Source: Breznakia blatticola
GTDB taxonomy: Bacteria; Bacillota_I; Bacilli_A; Erysipelotrichales; Erysipelotrichaceae
Assembly (NCBI RefSeq): GCF_004365815.1
Contig: NZ_SODD01000069.1
Coordinates: forward strand, 1-6,879
Length of the DNA stretch: 6,879 nucleotides
Direction of reading: 5' to 3'
Below are positions 6,774 to 6,879 of this stretch, in pieces. Position 1 is the stretch's first letter. Each line of letters opens with the position of its first letter. The notes beneath the pieces were generated by a model. It was not told the origin of the DNA and did no database searches. It was given only the letters and a program-made list of their open reading frames with translations. Both the position numbers and the translations under genes were made by a program.

Positions 6774-6879
6774 TCAATACTGAGTGTAGAATGGCATTCT
6801 TAATGCAACTGTCATAGTCATCATATTTGTTAGTGTTTTTGTTATATTATTATGAATTCTCATCTTGATTGTTACGAAT
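6774..6879 (-). CDS. Partial ORF open to the right window edge. It is most likely the upstream (FHA-domain) part of essC in a different frame, or else the 3' end of a separate upstream gene.
   Basis: The minus-strand frame entering at 6878 reads FVTIKMRIHNNITKTLTNMMTMTVALRMPFYTQY* with no stop until TGA (6776..6774). It is offset by one nucleotide from the essC frame. The essC frame is itself open back to TAA at 6802..6800, so the two frames overlap over 6774..6802. The internal ATG at 6863 has no SD in the 16 nt visible upstream. Confidence 0.4.
   Translation of the reverse strand, partial: FVTIKMRIHNNITKTLTNMMTMTVALRMPFYTQY

Noticed and set aside
6774-6863. Either the ATG at 6863 is the true essC start, or a programmed +1 frameshift at TAT-TGA (6779..6774) joins the two frames
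   Set aside because: The ATG has no SD in the visible 16 nt upstream, and the frame is open beyond it to the window edge. There is no prfB-like context: no upstream SD-like stimulator, and tRNA-Tyr cannot re-pair on AUU. A simple indel or sequencing error is more parsimonious. The frame break itself is kept as a finding.
1-6879. Mobile elements, CRISPR arrays, tRNA/rRNA genes, and long direct or inverted repeats
   Set aside because: Reading by eye turned up no repeat-spacer periodicity, transposase-like ORF, terminal inverted repeats or cloverleaf-capable segments. Coding density on the minus strand leaves only about 108 nt and about 90 nt of intergenic space. A computational repeat search would be needed to exclude short dispersed repeats.

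Overview
The window is visibly AT-rich, roughly one-third G+C by eye, as in a low-GC Firmicute. All credible coding is on the minus strand. It covers part of a type VIIb (Ess/Yuk-type) secretion locus with three genes in the transcription order essC, esaA/yueB-like, esxA. (1) essC (2693..6739) encodes a 1348-aa FtsK/SpoIIIE-family membrane ATPase with a TM hairpin and three P-loop domains. (2) An EsaA/YueB-family gene (487..2700) encodes 737 aa. Its start overlaps the essC stop by 8 nt. Unusually, the protein has only one N-terminal and one C-terminal TM helix. (3) esxA (94..378) encodes a 94-aa WXG100 (EsxA/YukE-like) substrate. It has its own candidate sigma-A promoter, a strong Shine-Dalgarno sequence and a clean Rho-independent terminator. 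At the right edge, the essC reading frame is broken inside its N-terminal FHA-like region. A second minus-strand frame stays open to the window edge, so essC is either frameshifted, split, or mis-sequenced there. At the left edge, a strong SD suggests another minus-strand gene starts just as the window ends. I saw no tRNA, rRNA, CRISPR, IS element or obvious toxin/immunity pair. The components are known T7SSb families rather than a wholly new system. The aspects worth follow-up are the gene order, the short bitopic EsaA, and the interrupted essC 5' end. All homology statements come from reading the translations and from recalled family features. No database search was possible.
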